Shown here piece after piece: positions 47,485 to 55,227 of a stretch of DNA of 55,227 nucleotides; position 1 is the stretch's first letter, and each line of letters starts with the position of its first letter. The notes beneath the pieces were generated by a model, which was not told the DNA's origin, did not search any database, and saw nothing but the letters and a program-made list of their open reading frames with translations. This DNA is from Methylocystaceae bacterium. GTDB taxonomy: Bacteria > Bacillota > Syntrophomonadia > Syntrophomonadales > JBLNAA01. Made by a program: the position numbers and the translations under genes. The stretch spans positions 1 through 55,227 of the forward strand of contig JBLNAA010000160.1 of NCBI GenBank assembly GCA_050259135.1. The letters run 5' to 3'.

Positions 47485-49662
47485 TTGGGGGTGATGTTTG
47501 TGTCAGATCGTATTGCAACTCAACAGCAAAGAGAAACCCTGCCATCCAGCAGTAAACAGCAACCGGTCAGCAAGTCCATAATGAAACGAAAAGTTTTATT
47601 TCCGGCTGAAGAACATCAGGCAATGGATCAGGCCAGCTTATATCGTACCATTACCAACCCTTTAGCTGCCGACCCTGCCAATATACAAAGATTGCAGGGC
47701 ATACTGGGGAACCAGACGGTAAGCGGATTAATTCAAGCTAAACTTACCGTAGGCCCGGTTCAGGATCGTTATGAACAGGAAGCTGACCGGGTAGCGGAGC
47801 AAATAGTAAGCCGGCCGCAGTCCTCACAGCCATCCGGGGGATATACATCTGCATCTCAGCCTTTAACTGAAACAGATGGCGGATTTGTTGCTTCACCTGT
47901 CATTGAAAGCCGTCTAACTGCCCGCCAGGGTATGGGACAGCCACTTCCCAGTGCAATACAATCCTTGATGGAATCTCAATTTTCTGCCGACTTAAGTCAG
48001 GTACGTATTCATACTGATTCAGAAGCAGGCCGTATCAACCAGGAATTAGAAGCCGAGGCGTTTACCCATGGTAATGATATATATATGGCTGAGGGACGCT
48101 ATTCCCCCCACTCGTCATCCGGGCAGCGCTTACTGGCCCATGAGCTAACCCATGTCATCCAGCAGGGAGGAACATCCGGACCCCAGACACCGTCAGCCAT
48201 ACAGCGCTGGCCCTGGTCCAAGAAAAAGAAAGAAGAAGCACCTCCTGCCGGAGCGGCAGCAGCCAAGGCTCCGGCCGCACCGCCCAGCCAGATTCCAATT
48301 GGTCTGGGCCAGGCCTCTTACATGAAATGGCTGCAAACCCATCCCGGTTTGTTATCAGATAAAGAAAGAAGCGCGCTGGGAATAAAAATGCCCGCGGCTA
48401 TGCATATGTCTGATCAACAAATGGCGAGCTTTGATCAGCAGCAGCAGAATGCACGCCGCAAAGAGCTAAATGCCTTGGCCCCGGCCGTTGGCCCCGGGGG
48501 TGAACATTCACAGGATGAGGCCGGCGATGTAGCGAGCATGGTGGAAGATCCCCGTTTTAAAGCCCGTTATGAAGTAGACCGCGGTTCTGACCACGGTAAC
48601 TTTTTGGCCCGTAAACTGAAACGGGGAAAAGAGGTAGCCGGTGCTAAATTCAAAGAAATCAAGAGTTATCTGCCTGGACAGCATTCCGTAGTCCCGGGCG
48701 AGGACTTTGCCCAGCAGTCGGAGACCAAAGGCGAAAAGGCCAAACGGATTGCAAAAACAGCTGCTGTCATGGGTGGTAAAAAACTGCTCGGTTCTATACC
48801 CCTGTTAGGTACTGGTATGAATGTCGCGGCTGCGGTCAAAGAAGGGCAGCGCCAAAAGACGGCGGAAAAAGTAAGTGATACGGCTGATCAAAGCCCACAA
48901 GCCGATACCATGAACAGGCCTTTCCTGTCCAGCATGTCGGAGGGGCTGGCTACCGATCATTACAACAAGAAAGCTGACCGGGCTTTTGATGCCGCGGTCG
49001 GTGCCGTTAATGATGCGGTAACTATTACCGGTGCGGTTCTATCAGGCGGCGCCTCACTGGGAGTAACTGAAGGTGCCAATGCCGTGTTCAAGGAAGCGGT
49101 AAAACCTGTCATCAAGGCTGGTATGTACGGCGCCAAAGCCGGTTGGAAACTTGGTAAAACGATTGCCGGTGCCACCATGGATGATCGTCAGTACCGCATG
49201 GAAGCCAGCAGTGCCAGATCCGATCAAGGCAAAGGAAGCGCCGTAGGTAAGCTGGCTGCTGAGGACCCGGATTTTGCCCAGGCCATGCTCAAACATCTGG
49301 CTCCCGGTCAGATGTCGGTCGGGCATGAACTTTATACAAATAATCGAATACAGGAACCCCAGGGTGACCATACCCTAAAACCAAGTGCAGTAGCCAGGTT
49401 AGGCCGCCAGGAGAAGTCCCGGCTGCGGGAAAGAGAACGCATGGGAGCTGATGCCGGTTGGACCCTCGAAGGTGAAAATCAGCAGGCTGAGACCGCTAAA
49501 CGGGCAGCAAAATCTGCAGCTAAAGGGCCAGCAGCGGTGGATCCCAGAATACCGGCGGCTCCTGCACTACCAGCCCGTCCTCCACAGGCTGCCGGTCCCA
49601 AAAGAGAGAACCTGCTCGGCAGACTATTGAAATCAGAAGAAGAACAGTGGTATGAGACCTAG
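47485..49662 (+). CDS. DUF4157 (eCIS core domain) protein with long C-terminal extension; candidate cargo/effector
   Basis: LGNQ, IQAKLTVG..DRYEQEADRVA, GQPLP, VRIHTD, AFTHGNDIY, LLAHELTHVIQQ; start uncertain (47485/47494/47500). Confidence 0.88.
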   Translation: MGVMFVSDRIATQQQRETLPSSSKQQPVSKSIMKRKVLFPAEEHQAMDQASLYRTITNPLAADPANIQRLQGILGNQTVSGLIQAKLTVGPVQDRYEQEADRVAEQIVSRPQSSQPSGGYTSASQPLTETDGGFVASPVIESRLTARQGMGQPLPSAIQSLMESQFSADLSQVRIHTDSEAGRINQELEAEAFTHGNDIYMAEGRYSPHSSSGQRLLAHELTHVIQQGGTSGPQTPSAIQRWPWSKKKKEEAPPAGAAAAKAPAAPPSQIPIGLGQASYMKWLQTHPGLLSDKERSALGIKMPAAMHMSDQQMASFDQQQQNARRKELNALAPAVGPGGEHSQDEAGDVASMVEDPRFKARYEVDRGSDHGNFLARKLKRGKEVAGAKFKEIKSYLPGQHSVVPGEDFAQQSETKGEKAKRIAKTAAVMGGKKLLGSIPLLGTGMNVAAAVKEGQRQKTAEKVSDTADQSPQADTMNRPFLSSMSEGLATDHYNKKADRAFDAAVGAVNDAVTITGAVLSGGASLGVTEGANAVFKEAVKPVIKAGMYGAKAGWKLGKTIAGATMDDRQYRMEASSARSDQGKGSAVGKLAAEDPDFAQAMLKHLAPGQMSVGHELYTNNRIQEPQGDHTLKPSAVARLGRQEKSRLRERERMGADAGWTLEGENQQAETAKRAAKSAAKGPAAVDPRIPAAPALPARPPQAAGPKRENLLGRLLKSEEEQWYET

Positions 49663-49685
49663 AAATTGCAGGCTGGTGATCACCC

Positions 49686-51908
49686 ATGCAAAATAGAATT
49701 GGCTATCATAATGCAAATATAACAATCTACCCGAACAGTTGGGAGCATTTAAGCGATGAATTACAGCTGCTGGACTTACGAATTAAGCTTCGCTTAGAAC
49801 AGCAGCGGCTGCGGCAGAGCCATGACGGCAATAACCAGTTTAAGGGGCTGGTAATTTCGGAACAGGAAGTGGCTGCTCTCCTGTCGGAACAGATTATGGA
49901 CGAGGTGCGTGAACCCGGCATGCAAAACCTGCTGCAAGCTATAGAGAGAATGCAGGAATATTTACATGCCAGAACCCAGCTTAGCTTAAACCACGGTGTT
50001 CATCTTCCGCTCGAATACTTGACCTGGGCCTTCGACCTCAGCCCATTTGAAAAAGAATGTGTCGTGTTAGCTCTAGCCAATGAGATTGAACGTAAGTATG
50101 AGAAGTTGTTTGGCTTCTTACAAGATGATATAAACTGCAAATATCCCACAATTGATCTCGCCCTGCAGTTGCTTTGCCAGGATGAAGAGGAGCGTCAGTC
50201 CGCTTACCGTTCCCTGACTATGAATTCTCCATTGTTTAAGTATCTGATCGAAGTAGATGATTCCGCCCGGGGTCTGCGGCTCGCCCATCCCTTGAAGCTA
50301 AATCGGCGTATAGTAGAACTATTTCGTCAGCGAATCGCTGTCGATCCTGAACTAACCTTCTTTATCGATTTCTACAACCCTTATGATGAGCTGGAACCGC
50401 TGCGCCTCGATCAGGATATTCAGGAACATCTGCGGCTCTGGCTGCAAATGCAGATTGAAGACGAGAATAATACTCGCAAACCGTTAGTGATATTGTCCGG
50501 CCCCACCGGCAGCGGCAAACGGTTTCAGATCAGACACCTGTGCCAATTTTTTGACACCTCACTCTTTGTTATCGACCTGGCTCGTCTGCCAGCCGACGAA
50601 CTGCAATTTGAAAAAATTCTTCATGATGTAGTGCGGGAAGCTTTGTTGTTCAGCGCTCTTCCCTGCTTTCAGGGGTTAGAAAATATCCTGCCTGACAACG
50701 GCACCCTGGAAAATATAAACCCGGAAGAGAAGCGAACCCGTTGGAACCTGCTGCTGCAAGCTCTGGAGGATTTGCCCGGACCGATATTCATGAAAACGGA
50801 AAAGTCCTGGCAGTTGGCTGAAATGGAACGGTTATATACGATTCTGGCAGTTGAGCTTAAGGTACCGAGTGAATTAATCCGCAAAGAGCTGTGGGAAGCA
50901 TTTTCTCAGAGTTATGCTTTTAAACAGCTTCCGAATTGGGGAGAAATAGCCAGCAAGTTTCGTTTTACCCCGGGGCAGGTTAAAAATGCCTTGCTTAAAG
51001 CCCGAGAGGCCTCTTATGGGCGGGGGAATTTGATGGCAATTGAGGACCTGTACCAGGCCTGCTTTAGTCAGGGTCGGCATTATCTGGGCCGGATAGCCAC
51101 CAAAGTTAATCCCCGCTATACCTGGGATGATATTATCCTGCCGCGGGATACGGTGGAAATGCTTAAAAATGCCTGTAACCAGATGAAAAATCGTTATATC
51201 GTCTACGGACAATGGGGGTTTGAACACCGCCTGGCCTATGGCCGAGGTCTCAGCATGTTATTTTCCGGCTTGCCCGGTACCGGTAAAACCATGGCGGCTC
51301 AGGTAATAGCCCATGAGCTTAATCTGGAGTTATACCGGATTGACCTGGCTCAGGTGGTCAGCAAGTATATTGGTGAAACCGAGAAGAACCTGAGCCGTAT
51401 TTTTAAAGAAGCTGAATCCAGCAACTCCATTTTGTTTTTTGATGAAGCCGACGCCTTGTTCGGCAAGCGGTCCGAAGTAAAAGATGCCCACGATCGCTAT
51501 TCCAACATTGAAATAGCCTACTTGCTCCAAAAGATTGAGGAATATGACGGCATCTCCATCCTGGCCACCAATCTGGCGAAGAACCTGGATGATGCCTTTG
51601 TCCGCCGCATTACCTTTATAGTGGAGTTTCCTTTTCCTGATGCAGATTACCGCCAGCGGATATGGCATTCCATGATCCCGCCGCAAACGCCAGTACATGA
51701 GAACGTAGACTTTGGTTTCCTGGCCCGCCGCTTTGAAATTGCCGGCGGCAATATTAAAAATATCGTCCTGGCAGCAGCCTTCCTGGCTGCCCAGAATGAT
51801 GAAGAAGTTACCATGCAGCACTTTTTACGGGCTGTCAAATATGAGTACCAGAAAATAGGTCGGGTTCTGTTGCGCGAAGATCTGGGTGAATACTATGGTG
51901 AAGTATAG
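49686..51908 (+). CDS. eCIS AAA+ ATPase (Afp15/Pvc15-like)
   Basis: Degenerate first module SGPTGSGKR; intact GLPGTGKT, VVSKYIGETEKNL, FFDEADALFGKR, DAHDRY, LATN, AFVRR. Confidence 0.93.
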   Translation: MQNRIGYHNANITIYPNSWEHLSDELQLLDLRIKLRLEQQRLRQSHDGNNQFKGLVISEQEVAALLSEQIMDEVREPGMQNLLQAIERMQEYLHARTQLSLNHGVHLPLEYLTWAFDLSPFEKECVVLALANEIERKYEKLFGFLQDDINCKYPTIDLALQLLCQDEEERQSAYRSLTMNSPLFKYLIEVDDSARGLRLAHPLKLNRRIVELFRQRIAVDPELTFFIDFYNPYDELEPLRLDQDIQEHLRLWLQMQIEDENNTRKPLVILSGPTGSGKRFQIRHLCQFFDTSLFVIDLARLPADELQFEKILHDVVREALLFSALPCFQGLENILPDNGTLENINPEEKRTRWNLLLQALEDLPGPIFMKTEKSWQLAEMERLYTILAVELKVPSELIRKELWEAFSQSYAFKQLPNWGEIASKFRFTPGQVKNALLKAREASYGRGNLMAIEDLYQACFSQGRHYLGRIATKVNPRYTWDDIILPRDTVEMLKNACNQMKNRYIVYGQWGFEHRLAYGRGLSMLFSGLPGTGKTMAAQVIAHELNLELYRIDLAQVVSKYIGETEKNLSRIFKEAESSNSILFFDEADALFGKRSEVKDAHDRYSNIEIAYLLQKIEEYDGISILATNLAKNLDDAFVRRITFIVEFPFPDADYRQRIWHSMIPPQTPVHENVDFGFLARRFEIAGGNIKNIVLAAAFLAAQNDEEVTMQHFLRAVKYEYQKIGRVLLREDLGEYYGEV

Positions 51909-51949
51909 CCGTAAAATGGTCAGGAGATCAGTGACAGGGGGATTTTGAG

Positions 51950-52456
51950 TTGGGTGCTTATACCGCAATTGCCGATGCCGGGGCCACCATCATTGAGATA
52001 CTGCGAGACAGTTTGTGTCCGGAACCAATTGCTTCTCCGGACTTAATCGGCCTGTGCTCACCGGCCGAAACCGGTGATCTCCAGCTGGGATTATATCTGT
52101 ACTCGGTCAAGCAGAACCGCGAGTACCGAATGGATGGTATAGTCTTAACCCTCTACTACCTGTTGACCGCCTACTCCAGTGCCGATATCCAACAGCGGGC
52201 CTATGATGAAGACTATATTCTGGGTGCAGCTATCCAGGCTCTGAATGAGAATGGAACCATAAACAGTGCTTATCTGCAGGGTTCATTGGGGAGCAATGGA
52301 GAGGATATCAGAAACGATCTCTTCTACGTATCACCGGAAGATATTCAAAAGATCTGGATATTCCCAAACATACCTTATCGCACTTCAGTTGCAATCATGG
52401 TCTATCCTATCATTATTGATAATGGTGGTTTTGCCGCGGGTCCCCGGGTACGGTAA
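51950..52456 (+). CDS. DUF4255/Pvc16-like cap (sheath terminator) protein
   Basis: AIADAG.TI...L, LGLYLY, LYYLLTAY, LGAAIQAL, IW.FPNIPYRTSV; TTG follows GGGGG. Confidence 0.78.
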   Translation: MGAYTAIADAGATIIEILRDSLCPEPIASPDLIGLCSPAETGDLQLGLYLYSVKQNREYRMDGIVLTLYYLLTAYSSADIQQRAYDEDYILGAAIQALNENGTINSAYLQGSLGSNGEDIRNDLFYVSPEDIQKIWIFPNIPYRTSVAIMVYPIIIDNGGFAAGPRVR

Positions 52457-52476
52457 GCCGGGAGTGAGGAGATAAT

Positions 52477-53277
52477 ATGCAGGAATATATGACCAGCACC
52501 ATAAAACTAGGGCACAAGGTGTCATTCGTGCTCTGGCTGATCGATCAATTTAGTTCATTGGGATGCAACGAAGAGGTTGCTGTTTTCTTGAACGGTGCAC
52601 CAGCTAATTTTCAGCGCAAAGCTGGAGGTTACCTGGTATTTACTGACTTGGAAGAAGATCAATATCAGGTTGCTGTCAGCTCCCCGTATTATTTGACCGA
52701 ACATCTGGTAGTCAAGCCTTCCGGCCTGGATCGTGCTGACCCAACCGTCTATATACCCTTGAAGCCCGCTCCCGCTTATCGATTTAACCCTGGTACAACC
52801 TTAATCAGGGCTTCACTGGTCACACGACAAAATGAACCTCTTGCTGCCGCTATTACCGCTACTATTATTAGCGATATCTGCGCTCGGGCCAGATTGGGCC
52901 GTCAAGGGGCCAAATCCGGAACTGTCGAGCTGCCCCTGGTCGATGTAACCGGGCGGCTGGCACCCGGCGACCTCTTGTTAATCCGCTCTCTGGATAGTAA
53001 AGACGGAGAAATATGTGAGATAAGTTCGATGGGGTCCGGTGAAGGAGTCTACTCCCTGAAGAATCCGCTGTCAATGGATCATAACCGGGGTGACCTGCTG
53101 ATGCCGGTTGTTGCGAGCTGCAGTGATAGCCGCGGGGAAGCAGTTCTGGCTCTTCGCCAGCTTCGGCAAAAGGAGTGTCGGGTACAGGTAGAGGTCGGTA
53201 CCGGGAAATCCAAGTCGGTACAGGAGGTTCAAATAACCAACGGACAAGTACACCAGCTGGGTAAAATCACGGTTTAA
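52477..53277 (+). CDS. eCIS-associated beta-rich hypothetical protein
   Basis: 266 aa; GYLVFTDL, LKPAPAYRFNPGTTLIR; co-oriented directly after Pvc16-like gene, with GAGGAG SD. Confidence 0.6.
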   Translation: MQEYMTSTIKLGHKVSFVLWLIDQFSSLGCNEEVAVFLNGAPANFQRKAGGYLVFTDLEEDQYQVAVSSPYYLTEHLVVKPSGLDRADPTVYIPLKPAPAYRFNPGTTLIRASLVTRQNEPLAAAITATIISDICARARLGRQGAKSGTVELPLVDVTGRLAPGDLLLIRSLDSKDGEICEISSMGSGEGVYSLKNPLSMDHNRGDLLMPVVASCSDSRGEAVLALRQLRQKECRVQVEVGTGKSKSVQEVQITNGQVHQLGKITV

Positions 53278-53305
53278 CCTCTACCCTGCCAACATTTAGG
53301 GCAAA

Positions 53306-54160
53306 CTACTTTTCTTTAAACGGTGGTTCTGTCTGCCAGGGGTAAAAGTCAGGCATATCAGTATGCGGGCTCATAGTATAATTGGGCCTGCGTTTTTCCA
53401 GGAAGGCATTAATACCTTCCCTCGAGTCCGCCCGTTGGCCCAGCCAATGGAAACCTTTTGATTCTAGACGATGGGCTTCTATAGGATGATCAGCTCCCAG
53501 CATCGTCCACAGCAGCTGCCGGGTAAGTGCCACCGATACCGGAGCGCTGTTCTGGGCAATTTCCAAAGCAATTGCCCGGGCGGCAGGCAGCACCTCTTCC
53601 GGGGGCACCACTTTACTCACCAGGCCTTTATCAAAGGCTTCCTGCGCCGAAAATACCCGGCCGGTCATCGCCCATTCCAGTGCCTGGCTGATACCAACTA
53701 TCCGGGGCAAAATCCAGGAGCTGCAGGCATCAAGCAGAACCCCGCGGCGGACAAACACGATACCCAGCTTGGCATTATCGGCGACGATACGGATATCCAT
53801 GGGTAGGGTCATGGTTAACCCGATCCCGACTGCCGCGCCATTAATAGCTGCGATAATCGGCTTCTTTAGCTGATAAATCCGCAGGGCTATCAAACCACCG
53901 CCATCACGGTGTTCATCCTCAGCAATCGCTGTGTAATCAAAGGCCTTTCCGCCCAGATCCATTCCTGCACAAAAGGCTCTGCCTGCCCCGGTAACAATTA
54001 TGGCTCTGACATTATCATCAGCATCAGCCCGATCCAAAGCATCGATCATTTCGGGGCACATGACCTCATCGGTATAGGCGTTCATCCGTTCAGGCCGGTT
54101 CAAGGTAATGGTTAATATGTGATCTTCATCAACTTCATACTTAATCTGCTGATAATTCAT
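53306..54160 (-). CDS. Enoyl-CoA hydratase/isomerase family protein
   Basis: ITLNRPERMNA, TGAGRAFCAGMDL, KPIIAAINGAAVG, EGINAFLEKR; ATG 54160 follows GGAGGAG. Confidence 0.93.
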   Translation of the reverse strand: MNYQQIKYEVDEDHILTITLNRPERMNAYTDEVMCPEMIDALDRADADDNVRAIIVTGAGRAFCAGMDLGGKAFDYTAIAEDEHRDGGGLIALRIYQLKKPIIAAINGAAVGIGLTMTLPMDIRIVADNAKLGIVFVRRGVLLDACSSWILPRIVGISQALEWAMTGRVFSAQEAFDKGLVSKVVPPEEVLPAARAIALEIAQNSAPVSVALTRQLLWTMLGADHPIEAHRLESKGFHWLGQRADSREGINAFLEKRRPNYTMSPHTDMPDFYPWQTEPPFKEK

Positions 54161-54273
54161 AAAAACTCCTCCACTATCTCGCTGGAATAAAGCCACTTTT
54201 CTTTTTACTGTATCACGAAGGCAGGCTCGCTTCTATCTGTCTTTAGAATTAAAGCTCCCTTTTCATTTCTCAA

Positions 54274-54585
54274 TTAGAAGTACCACCATTTCCCACTTTT
54301 CATACTGCATTGGAATTGAGCAAATTCCTCACTTATAGGATTTTGATAATATCTTTTAACTGTATCAAAATCACCAATCTCCATTAACAAGGAAGCAGCC
54401 TGGGCCAGGGGGTCTTCATCAAAGCTTATCGGCGTGGATCTTAGAAAATCATGAAGCCTGGTTTGACCTATAATCCGCTCGGCTTCTTGATTTCTCTTGA
54501 AGAAATGGGTAACCAGCTTTTGCCGGATGACGGCAACCCGTTCCTTAATGTCCTGTTCGGAGATTATTAAACTCTCATTATTCAT
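54274..54585 (-). CDS. Hypothetical protein
   Basis: 103-aa open frame with AGGGA upstream; no motif recognised. Confidence 0.5.
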   Translation of the reverse strand: MNNESLIISEQDIKERVAVIRQKLVTHFFKRNQEAERIIGQTRLHDFLRSTPISFDEDPLAQAASLLMEIGDFDTVKRYYQNPISEEFAQFQCSMKSGKWWYF

Positions 54586-54914
54586 TCCCTAACCACCTTT
54601 CTATCTTTTGGCTTTGACAGCACTTTAGCGTAAACTGACCCATCATACGTTAATACTGTATGGTTCACTTCCAGGGGTTTAATACTAATTTTTCCCAAAC
54701 AAAAAGACGACCCGCCGCTCACCTCGGTTAAGGGCTGACGAGCTGCCATCATTATCTTTTTATTATGCGAATGGATTATCATTCTGACAGTCAATGTAAG
54801 CAGATTATAGTGTAAACTTTTATACAGTAACCCCTTAAGTCACCATTTCCAGATTGATACAAATATCAGCGGTTTTAATTTACAATGATAATTAACATAG
54901 GAGGTTAATGAGAA

Positions 54915-55103
54915 ATGAATCTAAAAGAAGCATTAGAAATTGCCGTTAAAGACGAAGCCAAGGCCATTAAATTTTATAAGGGCCTGGCCGCAGATGCCGA
55001 CGACCCGGAAACCAGAATCATGCTGGAACAAATTGCCTACGAAGAGGAAGGTCATTTGAAGAGACTTGGTGAAAGATTAAAAGCCATTAAGCTAGTGGGT
55101 TAG
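54915..55103 (+). CDS. Small rubrerythrin/ferritin-like protein
   Basis: AGGAGG SD; EALEIAVKDEAKAIKFY...IAYEEEGH (ExxH half-site). Confidence 0.8.
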   Translation: MNLKEALEIAVKDEAKAIKFYKGLAADADDPETRIMLEQIAYEEEGHLKRLGERLKAIKLVG

Positions 55104-55227
55104 TAAATGTGATTATGTAATCTTTCAGCGGGATCATACTTTTCTAACCAGCACGATCCCACCAGCAGTTAGATTTTAATCGGCTGCACCATGGCTTCCG
55201 GTCAGACCGCTGGCAATCAGTATAACC

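Larger units (their letters stand above)
15827..53277. other. eCIS (Afp/PVC-like contractile injection system) locus including accessory module
   Basis: Sheath, 2 tubes, LysM initiator, VgrG halves, gp25, 2 baseplate J, fibre, PAAR-like, AAA ATPase, Pvc16-like and DUF4157 present; no head, packaging or integrase genes; flanked by metabolic genes. Confidence 0.9.

Noticed and set aside
15910-53277. Type VI secretion system
   Set aside because: Single-gene sheath and gp19-type tubes; no TssB/C, TssJLM, TssK or ClpV recognisable
54582-54794. 70-aa minus-strand ORF
   Set aside because: Weak start context and no motif; cannot be supported although it abuts the next gene

Overview
Chromosomal window from an anaerobic Firmicute. 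Its gene content (acyl-CoA dehydrogenase, CoA-transferase, enoyl-CoA hydratase, sigma54 activator, Moco enzymes) resembles Syntrophomonas-type organic-acid oxidisers; this host assignment is inference. 1-15.7 kb is metabolic: a sigma54-controlled CoA-transferase / Liv-type ABC transporter / acyl-CoA dehydrogenase operon, a collapsed acyl-CoA ligase pseudogene and a MarR-molybdopterin oxidoreductase-moeA cluster. About 15.8-53.3 kb is a near-complete extracellular-type contractile injection system (eCIS, Afp/PVC-like) locus with no capsid, terminase or integrase, in two divergent arms. The leftward arm has sheath, two tubes, a chaperone pair, a 1142-aa tape-measure-like protein, LysM initiator, split VgrG, gp25, two baseplate J proteins and tail/fibre proteins. 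The rightward arm has an orphan betaine-type binding protein, a DUF4157 cargo protein, AAA ATPase, Pvc16-like protein and one accessory gene. The main candidate for an undescribed system lies between the tail fibre gene and the distal PAAR-like DUF4280 gene: orphan solute-binding protein, sensor-domain/MFS fusion, GNAT, atypical PLP racemase, membrane MORN-repeat protein and a receptor-type class III cyclase that has lost three catalytic residues. Two translation-level features are also visible: a -1 slippery site joining the tail chaperone to the next ORF, and a 55-nt hairpin between the sheath gene's Shine-Dalgarno and its ATG. Family names come from motif recognition only; no database search was run.
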